Below are positions 9,122-17,832 of a stretch of 31,814 bases of DNA, piece after piece. Position 1 is the stretch's first letter. Each line of letters opens with the position of its first letter. Made by a program: the position numbers and the translations under genes. The notes under the pieces are model-generated. The model ran no database searches. It was not told the DNA's origin and saw only the letters and a list, made by a program, of their open reading frames with translations. The DNA is from Candidatus Thorarchaeota archaeon (GTDB lineage Archaea; Asgardarchaeota; Thorarchaeia; Thorarchaeales; Thorarchaeaceae): the NCBI GenBank assembly GCA_048882385.1, contig JBHLRQ010000029.1, forward strand, positions 1-31,814, read 5' to 3'.

Positions 9122-10039
9122 ATGGAAACCAAACCTCACCCTGACTTCATGAAGGCTGGAAGGATAGCTGCACGGGTTCTGAGTGTAGTTAATAGTGAGG
9201 TAAAACCAGGTGTAAAGGTTCTCAAAATCTGCCAACTCGCTGAGAAGAAGATACTCGAGTTTGGTGCCACAGGTATTGCATTTCCCTGCAACATCTCAAT
9301 TGATAATGAAGCAGCGCACTATACTAGCCCTCACGGTGATAAAAAGCAGTTTCCTGACAAGGGTCTAGTGAAGATTGATATTGGCGCTCATGTGAATGGC
9401 CATATCTCAGACACGGCGATCACTGTGGATCTAGATGGATCCTATAAGAAGTACGTAGAAGCTGCAAAAAGTGCCCTGGATGCAGCTATAGACGTTGTGA
9501 CTCCTGATATTTCACTTGGTGATGTCGGTAGAGAAATTGAGCGTGCCATCAAAAGATTTGGACTAAAGCCTGTTCATCAGCTCACAGGCCATCAATTGAA
9601 ACCCTACAACCTACATGCTGGTAAGAATGTTCCAAACATCGGTATGAAACTCACTGGAAAGATGCGTCTAGGAGAAACCTTTGCTATCGAGCCATTTGCC
9701 ACAAACGGGAATGGTACTATAAGGAGTGGACAAAACGCATACATCTTCTCCAACGACATGAGGAGTAAGAAGAAGTTCGATGATCACACTCTTCTTGTCC
9801 GGAATGTTGCACGCAAGAGGTTCGGAAACCTACCATGGGCTTCGAGATGGATTCACTCAAAGAGTGGTGATATTGATGTAGAAGCAGCTATCAAAAAACT
9901 TCAGAGAGCTGGAGCAATTCATGGTTATGCTGTCTTATATGAGGGAAAGAATGGAATCGTATCTCAATTTGAACACAGCATATTTGTTGGTGAGAATGGC
10001 GCAATCGTATCTACAAGACGTGATGATGAAACTTCTTAG
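9122..10039 (+). CDS. map: Type II methionine aminopeptidase (copy 1)
   Basis: AFPCN, AAHYT, KIDIGAHVNGHISDTA, LTGH, LHAG, AIEPF, SQFEHS. Confidence 0.93.
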   Translation: METKPHPDFMKAGRIAARVLSVVNSEVKPGVKVLKICQLAEKKILEFGATGIAFPCNISIDNEAAHYTSPHGDKKQFPDKGLVKIDIGAHVNGHISDTAITVDLDGSYKKYVEAAKSALDAAIDVVTPDISLGDVGREIERAIKRFGLKPVHQLTGHQLKPYNLHAGKNVPNIGMKLTGKMRLGETFAIEPFATNGNGTIRSGQNAYIFSNDMRSKKKFDDHTLLVRNVARKRFGNLPWASRWIHSKSGDIDVEAAIKKLQRAGAIHGYAVLYEGKNGIVSQFEHSIFVGENGAIVSTRRDDETS

Positions 10040-10081
10040 CGTCTATGGAACCGCTTAAGAGTCCCTGCTAGGTCCTCTGTA

Positions 10082-10993
10082 TTGGGTGGTAAAGTGTCTA
10101 ATGGTCCAAATCCTTCTGCTATTAAATCGGGAAAGATTGCAGCACGTGTTTTGACCGAAATACGCAAAGAAATTGAACCCAAGAAGAGAATAATCAAGAT
10201 TTGTGCTCTTGCAGAGAGTAAGATCAGAGAGTATGGAGGTCAGCCTGCATTTCCACTTAACGTTTCAATAAATCATATAGCTGCACACAGTACATCTCCC
10301 CGGGGCGATAGAAGTGAAATTCCAGAATTTGGACTAGTGAAACTGGATGTTGGTGTCGTGGTTGATGGATACATCGCGGATACAGCATCGACTGTTGACA
10401 TAGATGGGACTTTAGGTGGATTTGTTGCTTCCACAGAGGATGCATTAGCAGAAGCTATTGAATTAATGCAACCCGGAACCAATTTGGGACAGGTTGGAAA
10501 ACAGATTGAACAAGTAATCAAAGCATATGGTCTCAGACCAATCAAGAATCTCTCTGGCCACAACCTCAAACCAAACAGACTACATGCTGGGAAAACTGTT
10601 CCGAATGTGAAAACAAGGACGTCTGATTTCGTGGAAACCGGAGAATACTATGCGATTGAACCTTTTGCCACAAGTGGTGCGGGGACAGTAATTGATAGCG
10701 AATATGTCTACATTTTTGCAAATACTGGAATTGACAAATCACTTGAAGGATTGGCTGAAAAGCTCAGAAAGTATCTCCGCAAGAAATATGGTCCATTCCC
10801 TTTTGCATTGCGATGGATCGGCACTGGTGACAAAGATATAGACATCATCAAAGAAATCAGAACCCTACTAAAGGAGAGAGTTGTTCGTGGATTTCCCATA
10901 CAAATCGAGAAAAAGAACCGCCCCGTGAGTCAGACTGAACATACAGTCTATATCTCTCAGAACGGTCCAATTATTCTGACCAGACTGGACTAG
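10082..10993 (+). CDS. map: Type II methionine aminopeptidase (copy 2)
   Basis: AFPLN, AAHST, KLDVGVVVDGYIADTA, LSGH, LHAG, AIEPF, SQTEHT. Confidence 0.92.
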   Translation: MGGKVSNGPNPSAIKSGKIAARVLTEIRKEIEPKKRIIKICALAESKIREYGGQPAFPLNVSINHIAAHSTSPRGDRSEIPEFGLVKLDVGVVVDGYIADTASTVDIDGTLGGFVASTEDALAEAIELMQPGTNLGQVGKQIEQVIKAYGLRPIKNLSGHNLKPNRLHAGKTVPNVKTRTSDFVETGEYYAIEPFATSGAGTVIDSEYVYIFANTGIDKSLEGLAEKLRKYLRKKYGPFPFALRWIGTGDKDIDIIKEIRTLLKERVVRGFPIQIEKKNRPVSQTEHTVYISQNGPIILTRLD

Positions 10994-11361
10994 ATATTGT
11001 CTTTTTCGTCTGGTTCTTCTCTTACGATGTATACACCCTCAATTGTCATGGCGCTTTGACATTTCGGACAAGTGGTTTCAACTGGTTTTAAGACAAAGTC
11101 TCCCTTCTGAAAGTCACGGATCTCCTTGAAATCACAACCATCGCATCTAATCTCAGTGACTGTTGGTGGGGGAGGTTTCTTCTCTTTTTGTCTACTTCCT
11201 GATGTGAGCAATGCAAAACCCATTGCCATCACAAACATTCCCACAAAAGACCAGACATAGGATAGAGCATCATTCGTACCCATACCAGTCCAAAGGATGA
11301 AGAATCCTGCAGCAGCAAATGCAAGTCCAATAATTCTACTAGCCCATCCCATCAAAAACAC
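10990..11361 (-). CDS. Two-TM membrane protein with C-terminal Zn ribbon
   Basis: Two hydrophobic helices, then CDGC..RDF.KGDFV..CPKC..IEGVY; adjacent to the DUF1512 gene. Confidence 0.75.
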   Translation of the reverse strand: MFLMGWASRIIGLAFAAAGFFILWTGMGTNDALSYVWSFVGMFVMAMGFALLTSGSRQKEKKPPPPTVTEIRCDGCDFKEIRDFQKGDFVLKPVETTCPKCQSAMTIEGVYIVREEPDEKDNI

Positions 11362-11362
11362 C

Positions 11363-12481
11363 TCATATTCCGATTCCTATTGTGTTTCCAATCCCTGCGA
11401 GAATCACACTATCACCGGGCTTTGTACGTTTACGTATTGATGCCTTTATCCGCTCGATTACTTCAGGGACTGCATCTAGGATACGTTTGTCCATTACCCC
11501 CACTGCTGCAGCCTCATCTTCCTTGACGACGATGGCTTCAATACCAATCCCCCGTTCAGTGGCTGATTGCTCCATTGCGTGTTTTTCAGGTCCTAAATCA
11601 CCTATGGCTGCTCCAGTGCCCTCTGAAACACGCCCAAGCTCTTCGCCTTCGAGTTTCAATGCGGCATCAATTGTGATAATTCGCGTCACTTTATCGCCAT
11701 ATTTGTCCACGAGCTTCTTTACACCCATTCCAGGCTTTCCAACAGTGCCTCCTGGTCCAGTTGCTCTCATTGCATAGACGGTCCTTCCTTCAGCCTCAAC
11801 TTTGTAGTAGCCCACCTCACGGGAAAGTTCGTGGCTATAACTATCAGGTGTTGCACCATATTCTCTTGCAAACTTCGTTACAACAAGTGGTCCAATTCCG
11901 TCTCCAATAGGCTTACCTTCTGAGAATGCGTTTAATGAGTCAAAGTATGCCTTTGCCAGTCTCAATAAGTCTGGAAGTTGCATCTGAATCTGCATAATCA
12001 TAATCTGGCTACCAGTCTTCTTTCCAAGTATATAGAAATGCCTAACAACCCGATAGATGAGTCCAAGAACCTGAGTAACTTCCAATGTGTTCTCCAGATT
12101 TTGATTCATTCCTTCACTTGATTCTGGTGCCACTTCTGCAACAAACTCTTGAAATCTGTCCCTACGCTCATCGAGAAGATGATCTAGCCGCTTCAAGATT
12201 CCCGCAGGATCTAGGTCTACGGGCATGATTGTGAAATAATCCATCCATCTATCGAGATCCTTGGCAACTTCTTCCTCGGACCTACCAAATTCTTTGAAGG
12301 TGTCAATTGCAATTTGGCGTGATTCAATGAACATTCGTTTGAATTCGTGTAGTCCTGCCTCAATCTGCTTCAAGTACTGCCATATCTGGAACTTTGCTCC
12401 GTATAGACTGAAGATTATGATGAATGCAAAGAATCCGATATTAAGTAGTACACCTAAATCACTTGTTTCTCCGAGTTGCAT
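11363..12481 (-). CDS. DUF1512 family protein
   Basis: PVDLDPAGI, PIGDGIGPL, GPGGTVGKPG, IDAALKLEGE, GIGNTIGI. Confidence 0.88.
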   Translation of the reverse strand: MQLGETSDLGVLLNIGFFAFIIIFSLYGAKFQIWQYLKQIEAGLHEFKRMFIESRQIAIDTFKEFGRSEEEVAKDLDRWMDYFTIMPVDLDPAGILKRLDHLLDERRDRFQEFVAEVAPESSEGMNQNLENTLEVTQVLGLIYRVVRHFYILGKKTGSQIMIMQIQMQLPDLLRLAKAYFDSLNAFSEGKPIGDGIGPLVVTKFAREYGATPDSYSHELSREVGYYKVEAEGRTVYAMRATGPGGTVGKPGMGVKKLVDKYGDKVTRIITIDAALKLEGEELGRVSEGTGAAIGDLGPEKHAMEQSATERGIGIEAIVVKEDEAAAVGVMDKRILDAVPEVIERIKASIRKRTKPGDSVILAGIGNTIGIGI

Positions 12482-12566
12482 CTATATCAAGCTCGATTTC
12501 GTTCGTTGTTCTTTTAATGACTTCTATCTCTACATTTTTCTTCAAAATGAGAGGAAAGAAGAAGAA

Positions 12567-12685
12567 TGTGGCAGCTCAGGAGCCTGTCACGCGCTCGCGC
12601 AGCGCACATCTCTCCTGACGGGAATCGTCTTAACTTCTGAGTTCGGCCGAGATCAGGTGTTTCCCGATTCCCTATGGCCGCCATC
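12567..12685 (-). rRNA. rrf: 5S rRNA (stand-alone)
   Basis: Minus strand reads TGGCGGCCATAG..GAAACACCTGATCTC..CCGAACTCAGAAGTTAAG..GCTGCCA; terminal helix closes; about 119 nt. Confidence 0.93.
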
Positions 12686-12711
12686 AAGACGTTGGTTTTT
12701 CATGTTTTGTT

Positions 12712-14727
12712 TTAAGCGTTACTCTCTGACAATTCCTTTCTCCTTGATCTGGCTTGGGAGAGAAATGCACTTACATCATCGTCCCATGAACCGTCAGGTT
12801 TCAAGAGTCGTTGATAGAAATCATGAGTATAACTCTGGAAAGTTGTGGTCCGCATGCAGCGGATAGTAAGGCCATAGTCAAAACCAGAGGATTGTAATTG
12901 CAAGGCAAGTTCATGTGCTGCTTCTTCTGGAAGCCTTGTGAGAATGACAGCGCTCTTTCCCGCATTAGCTAGTCGTGCAAATGATGTAGGAGTATTGTTT
13001 AGCAGAGCAGAAACGAGTGAAGTGATTTTTTTGGTTTCTCCATGTACAATGATTACCAAACTGATTAGTTGTAAATCTCTTACTTCGTATCTTACTCTTA
13101 GTACATTTTGGCGAGTCAATTTCGATACAACATATCTTACCTGTTTCTTGGTCACACCCCAAAGCTTCAATTCTTCAGGCTTATCAAGTGTTTCTGATAG
13201 AACACTCTCACCAATCAAATCCAGTACTTTTGCCTCGTTATGGGACATTTGATAGGTATCTGATACAGAGGTACCATACTGATTTGATAGTCGAGCCATT
13301 GATGAATTCTTCTTCAAGGAATTCAATATCTTCTGTATTGGGACAATCCATTTACTTGAAGTATGATCGTACAAGTCGAAATTGAAAGTTCTTGCAGACC
13401 AATCCACAATCATCACACTCGGAAGAACTCTTCTAACTCGTTCAACAGCTGATGGAGGCATGACCATTACCTGAAGATGTGGAACACTTTCACTTACTCC
13501 ACCAAGCGATGTGAGGAACCTCATATGCCTATGCGGCCATCTATAGGCTGCTCCAAGATAGATGAGTTCCATCAAACCGAAATTTGATGGATTGACATGA
13601 CCCCTGAATCGTAATCCATATGCCATCAGTACAAACTTCTTTTTCCATGCTCTAAGAGACCTTTTTGTTTGCGATTTAGTAATTGGCAAACCAATTTTGA
13701 TTTTGGCTGCGTCATTCATCTCCTTAACATAATCGATTACAGAACCAAACAAGTTTGGAAGTAACTCAGCGCACCGTTGAGTTAGCATGAACCATGGAGT
13801 ATTTTTAGTGGGTTCAGTTATCGCTCGTTTAGGTATCCCCAATTCACCTCTTTCAGCCTGTTTCATGAGCTTAACATACTGTGGCCAACTAGTCTTGCTA
13901 ATCAGATGCATGATATGTCCAGTAATTAGCGGCGCTGCAACTTCCATAGATTCAAACCTTGAAATGAAATCAATTGGGTCCTCTCGTGGTATCTCATTTC
14001 TCATTACAAAATTTAGAAAGACCATGAGCTCTTTTCTGATATAATCCGGAAAAGATCCAGGAATAATCTGCGATAGTGTATCTTCAACATTTTTTCCTAT
14101 TGACAAACTTGGAACTGATATGCCCTCCACGATTTTGGCTAGTTCATTCCATGATGGAGAAGGTTCTGAAAGTATATTTTCAAAACTATATCTAGACTTG
14201 TCCGAGTCTACTGCAATTTTGCGATATTCGGATTCTACGAAAATATGATCTTCAACAAGAGCAAGAGCTTCAGCTTCATATGGGTTTATCATATGGGTTT
14301 GAAGAATGCTGTAGTCAATTGGATTTAGAATTGTCAACCACAATCTTTCAGAATCCCTTATCCTTTGCACTATGAAGAGGGCATCCTTCTCTCCAGATTT
14401 CATTTTTCCATAGAAACCAAATGTCGAGGGCGGAAATACATTTTCAACAAACTGTACATCCTGAGCAGTAAATGGACGACGAACTATCATTAATGGAAAC
14501 AATGACACTCGAATCTGAGACTTAAGCCGCTGAGTTTTACTATTACCCGACCTATCTGGAATGATACTGTTCTGTACTCCATAATAGATATCAGATTCGC
14601 TTTTTCCCTCTATCAGTTGTCCATTTTCTAGTTTGATTGAAACCCCGGTTTCGCTAAAGATAAGGGACCCTCTGAAATGTCCCTCAAGGGTCCAAACTGA
14701 TACAGAATTCTGACTGGACAAAGACAT
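12712..14727 (-). CDS. Large hypothetical protein, possibly with a C-terminal wHTH/RAM-like region
   Basis: 671-aa open frame. The C-terminal part (KLWGVTKKQVRYVVSKL, then alternating beta/alpha segments) resembles Lrp/AsnC architecture (inference). Confidence 0.6.
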   Translation of the reverse strand: MSLSSQNSVSVWTLEGHFRGSLIFSETGVSIKLENGQLIEGKSESDIYYGVQNSIIPDRSGNSKTQRLKSQIRVSLFPLMIVRRPFTAQDVQFVENVFPPSTFGFYGKMKSGEKDALFIVQRIRDSERLWLTILNPIDYSILQTHMINPYEAEALALVEDHIFVESEYRKIAVDSDKSRYSFENILSEPSPSWNELAKIVEGISVPSLSIGKNVEDTLSQIIPGSFPDYIRKELMVFLNFVMRNEIPREDPIDFISRFESMEVAAPLITGHIMHLISKTSWPQYVKLMKQAERGELGIPKRAITEPTKNTPWFMLTQRCAELLPNLFGSVIDYVKEMNDAAKIKIGLPITKSQTKRSLRAWKKKFVLMAYGLRFRGHVNPSNFGLMELIYLGAAYRWPHRHMRFLTSLGGVSESVPHLQVMVMPPSAVERVRRVLPSVMIVDWSARTFNFDLYDHTSSKWIVPIQKILNSLKKNSSMARLSNQYGTSVSDTYQMSHNEAKVLDLIGESVLSETLDKPEELKLWGVTKKQVRYVVSKLTRQNVLRVRYEVRDLQLISLVIIVHGETKKITSLVSALLNNTPTSFARLANAGKSAVILTRLPEEAAHELALQLQSSGFDYGLTIRCMRTTTFQSYTHDFYQRLLKPDGSWDDDVSAFLSQARSRRKELSESNA

Positions 14728-15142
14728 AGGGCGAATCTCTGTAATGCAATTTTGAGTTCACAATTTTAAGTTGCGTATAATAATAATTCCTAGCAGAAAA
14801 AAGTAGAATAATCGTCCATGTTTTGGACGATTTGTAAAGTCTAGTGTATCAAATCCAACCGCAATCTTATAAACAGGCCATCACCAAGGTTCTGGCACTT
14901 CAGGGTCAGCGCATCCAGGTCTCATTGTCTTTTCACAACAATGATAATCGAACATTACGTCGAGAACGAATATCTAGTGGAGTTGACACTTCTACTGGTG
15001 TTATTTGCACGAAACTGGTCAAATTTGACCAGTCTTGATCATATTTTGAGTGTACTTTATTTGGCACTACAAAAACACAACTTGACACAAACAAATCCTA
15101 CGAAAGTTCATAAAATGCATCACATCGTGACCTCTCGACACC

Positions 15143-15224
15143 GGGGCTGTGGCCCAGTCCGGTATAGCGACCGTCATCACCGAAGACACTCATTGAACGT
15201 GGGGTCGAATCCCTGAGTTGTCCG
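15143..15224 (+). pseudogene. Degenerate tRNA-Trp-like element
   Basis: First 29 nt match tRNA-Trp at 16544 in 25/29 positions; T-arm-like GGGGTCGAATCCC at 15201-15213; acceptor and anticodon stems pair poorly. Confidence 0.6.
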
Positions 15225-15242
15225 TAACAAATTTGCGAATCA

Positions 15243-15779
15243 TCACGATACGATATATCCTTGCGTTTTCGCCAGCTCAATTACTTTCTCACAAAGTGAA
15301 AGAAGTAGTATCTTTGACTCATCTATAGTTAGTTTGAAACCACTCAATACATCATCATCACATTTTGGTTGTATGGAATAATCCTCATACCTCTGAACAT
15401 CCTCATTATAGATTTCGAGATTCTGAAACACTTCAAGTATCTTCTTTCTAAGGTCTGATTTGACTCTGGTGGGCATTCCCGTTGATTTGATAAATGACCA
15501 TGTTGCTGAGTGAAGCTTTACAAATCCTTCTGCTGATCCCTTCTCAATGATTTCTTTTGTTTCAGTTAGTAAATCCTGAATAATGTCATTAGTTCTCTTC
15601 TCATCATTCCGAACCCGTACATACTCGGTCATCATCATTCCAAGAGCAAATGCCAGTAAAATCCCTAGGATATTCTCAATTGATGACAAGTTACCTTGAA
15701 TGAGAGCAAAAGCAAACAGAACCACCGTTACTCCCAAGATGATGAAGAATGCAATAATGAGCTGCGTGCTGTCTTTCAC
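15243..15779 (-). CDS. Hypothetical membrane protein (two N-terminal TMs plus helical domain)
   Basis: 178-aa ORF; GTG start overlaps the upstream stop (GTGA); AGGTAGG upstream. Confidence 0.7.
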   Translation of the reverse strand: MKDSTQLIIAFFIILGVTVVLFAFALIQGNLSSIENILGILLAFALGMMMTEYVRVRNDEKRTNDIIQDLLTETKEIIEKGSAEGFVKLHSATWSFIKSTGMPTRVKSDLRKKILEVFQNLEIYNEDVQRYEDYSIQPKCDDDVLSGFKLTIDESKILLLSLCEKVIELAKTQGYIVS

Positions 15780-15961
15780 TCCTTACCTACCTTCTTCTTC
15801 TTACTTTTTGTTTGTGCCTTTTTGGTCATGGTTTCTAGATCCCTTGGACTTCGTGCGACAACGTTTTTGATTACAACGCTCTTCTTCAGTTCTCTATCAA
15901 TGATACCATCTACGGATTTTCGATCCTTTTGTTTTGTATCCCGTTTCTTATCATCACTCAA
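15776..15961 (-). CDS. Small basic hypothetical protein
   Basis: 61 aa, Lys/Arg-rich, overlaps both neighbours. Confidence 0.5.
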   Translation of the reverse strand: MSDDKKRDTKQKDRKSVDGIIDRELKKSVVIKNVVARSPRDLETMTKKAQTKSKKKKVGKE

Positions 15962-16241
15962 CTTTCTTCAAACATCTCCTACATGTAATCTCGTCTGATT
16001 TCCTAGTAAACAAAGATGCTCCTCTAACTCCACAAAAGGGACGATTTTTAATTTCGTAGTAGTGCATCTTTTTCTCGTCTTCGTCGGGACCTAGATGGAT
16101 TACCATCACCCGCTTCTTCTTTTTTGTCAATTCTTTCATTGAAGACTTGTCCCTAGGACGTCCTACTGTGATTAACTTCTTTGGTGGAACTCGAGAAGGA
16201 CCTCTGGGGGCAACTCCTCCTTTACTATTTGTTTTTCTCAC
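15954..16241 (-). CDS. Small basic protein with H..C..CxxC Zn-finger-like C-terminus
   Basis: HYY..PFCG..ITCRRC; GGTGA upstream of the GTG start. Confidence 0.6.
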   Translation of the reverse strand: MRKTNSKGGVAPRGPSRVPPKKLITVGRPRDKSSMKELTKKKKRVMVIHLGPDEDEKKMHYYEIKNRPFCGVRGASLFTRKSDEITCRRCLKKVE

Positions 16242-16253
16242 GCCTTATTCACC

Positions 16254-16412
16254 CTAAGTATCAATCTTACACCCCGTCCGTCTTTGCCCTCGGTATTGCT
16301 CCCTTTTTTCTTTTGTCACAAAGAGTTTCGAGCCGATTAGATACAGTTCAATCACTTTTTTGGGATTCTTTTTCGATTGTACGGATTTTACAGTCTGTGT
16401 CCTCTGTTTCAT
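16254..16412 (-). CDS. Small basic hypothetical protein (52 aa, not in ORF track)
   Basis: MKQRTQTVKSVQSKKNPKKVIELYLIGSKLFVTKEKREQ..., ends 12 nt before the next ORF on the same strand. Confidence 0.3.
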   Translation of the reverse strand: MKQRTQTVKSVQSKKNPKKVIELYLIGSKLFVTKEKREQYRGQRRTGCKIDT

Positions 16413-16543
16413 GGATTTCAAACACTGGTCAGTTCATTGTAGATATATTTGACATCATCATGGTTATTCTTGCTCCCACTTCATTTCTACGAAAAGTCTT
16501 TTAACACAGACAGAATCGAGGCATTCGGTTCAATCCGAACCAA

Positions 16544-16681
16544 GGGGCGGTGGCCTAGTTCGGTATGGCGACGGGCTCCAGATCTGGGTGCATTTCGCAT
16601 CCAAAATGAACGGGTCAATAATGACCGTCGTCAATTGGCGAAACTCGTCGGTCGTGAGTTCAAATCTCACTCGCCCCACCA
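16544..16681 (+). tRNA. tRNA-Trp(CCA) with ~61-nt intron (16582-16642) and encoded CCA
   Basis: GGGGCGG/TCGCCCC acceptor, ACGGG-CTCCAG..A-CTCGT anticodon arm, GTGAG-TTCAAAT-CTCAC T arm, ACCA end. Confidence 0.93.
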
Positions 16682-16686
16682 TATCA

Positions 16687-16917
16687 TCACAAATTGTCAT
16701 TCTTTCTCTTCAGATTTTCTCTATCTTGATGTGTTTTATAGACCCCAACTGCTTGAGCACATTGGGGGCCCATGTCCAGAATTCTAGCTATGGCTGATTG
16801 CACATTTGGTTGATTACGGACATCAACATGTCCACGATGGGTTGATCGTCTGTCGAAGATTATGGCAAGTGATATGGTCAATAAGGCCAGTACAAGAAAT
16901 GATGCTAAGATATCCAT
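16687..16917 (-). CDS. Possible small membrane protein
   Basis: 76-aa ORF with one N-terminal hydrophobic helix; no recognisable motif. Confidence 0.35.
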   Translation of the reverse strand: MDILASFLVLALLTISLAIIFDRRSTHRGHVDVRNQPNVQSAIARILDMGPQCAQAVGVYKTHQDRENLKRKNDNL

Positions 16918-17007
16918 GAACTCAAATTATGTCAATTTAATAAAAGAGTGTCAATCTAAGCACTGATTAGACTACACTCAACTCTAATGAGTGTGAACTG
17001 AAAAAAC

Positions 17008-17832
17008 TCAGAATTTTGTCTTTAGCCCTGTTGCATCGCGATGATATTTCCCAAACTCCTTAACTTCTGACAGCTGGTTTCCAGAATAGATAGGACCATC
17101 CATGCAGACCAATGTACCAGTAGGGTCCATTGCACAAGTTCCGCAAATACCACACCCACATTTCATAATGCGCTCAAGAGATGCTTCAAATCGAATCCCC
17201 AGTTTCTTGACCTGATTGTACAATCCAAACATCATTAGCTCTGGACCACACGTATACACGGTGTCGAACTCATCAACATCAATTTCATCCTTTACTGCAT
17301 CTGTGGCAAATCCCTTAAACCCTGAGGAACCATCATCTGTTGATGTTTTCAAAACGAAATCTTTCGCAGATACTTTAGAGAACTCATCAAGAAACACAAG
17401 CTCCTCCTTACTCCTAGCTGCAATCAATAGAGTTACCTTAGCACCATTGTTGAGTAGGTTGTAAACTAATGGTCTCAATGGAGCCATTCCGATTCCACCA
17501 CCCACGACCAGAGCTCTCTTTGACGTCAAAGTGAATGCTGATCCAAAAGGACCCCTGATGCCTAACCAATTTCCTGGCTGAAGAGAAACCAACGATTCTG
17601 TTGCTTCTCCAACGGGGAAGACTGTGAATCCTATGCTGGGAGGCTCCCATAGTGAAACGCTCATGGGAACTTCATCCACTCCGGGGACCCATATCATGAA
17701 GAACTGTCCCGGGAGTATGTTGAGATCTGAAATCGGGGTATTGAACAGGATTGTGCATGCTGTATCAGTTTCTTTGACTATTTCGGAGATTCGTATCGAA
17801 ACCTGATTACCCATCAGTCTGTCAATGATCAT
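17008..17832 (-). CDS. pyrK: Dihydroorotate dehydrogenase electron-transfer subunit
   Basis: PGQFFM, RGPFG, GGGIGMAP, CGPELM, CGCGICGTC..VCMDGP 2Fe-2S motif. Confidence 0.95.
   Translation of the reverse strand: MIIDRLMGNQVSIRISEIVKETDTACTILFNTPISDLNILPGQFFMIWVPGVDEVPMSVSLWEPPSIGFTVFPVGEATESLVSLQPGNWLGIRGPFGSAFTLTSKRALVVGGGIGMAPLRPLVYNLLNNGAKVTLLIAARSKEELVFLDEFSKVSAKDFVLKTSTDDGSSGFKGFATDAVKDEIDVDEFDTVYTCGPELMMFGLYNQVKKLGIRFEASLERIMKCGCGICGTCAMDPTGTLVCMDGPIYSGNQLSEVKEFGKYHRDATGLKTKF

Noticed and set aside
12261-12866. 201-aa plus-strand ORF
   Set aside because: Antisense to DUF1512, 5S rRNA and the 671-aa gene.
15143-15224. tRNA-Sec
   Set aside because: TCA is present, but there is no extended acceptor or D stem, no paired variable arm, and the anticodon stem does not pair.
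16449-16797. ORFs across tRNA-Trp (likewise 31093-31290 across tRNA-Ser)
   Set aside because: They overlap well-supported tRNA genes.
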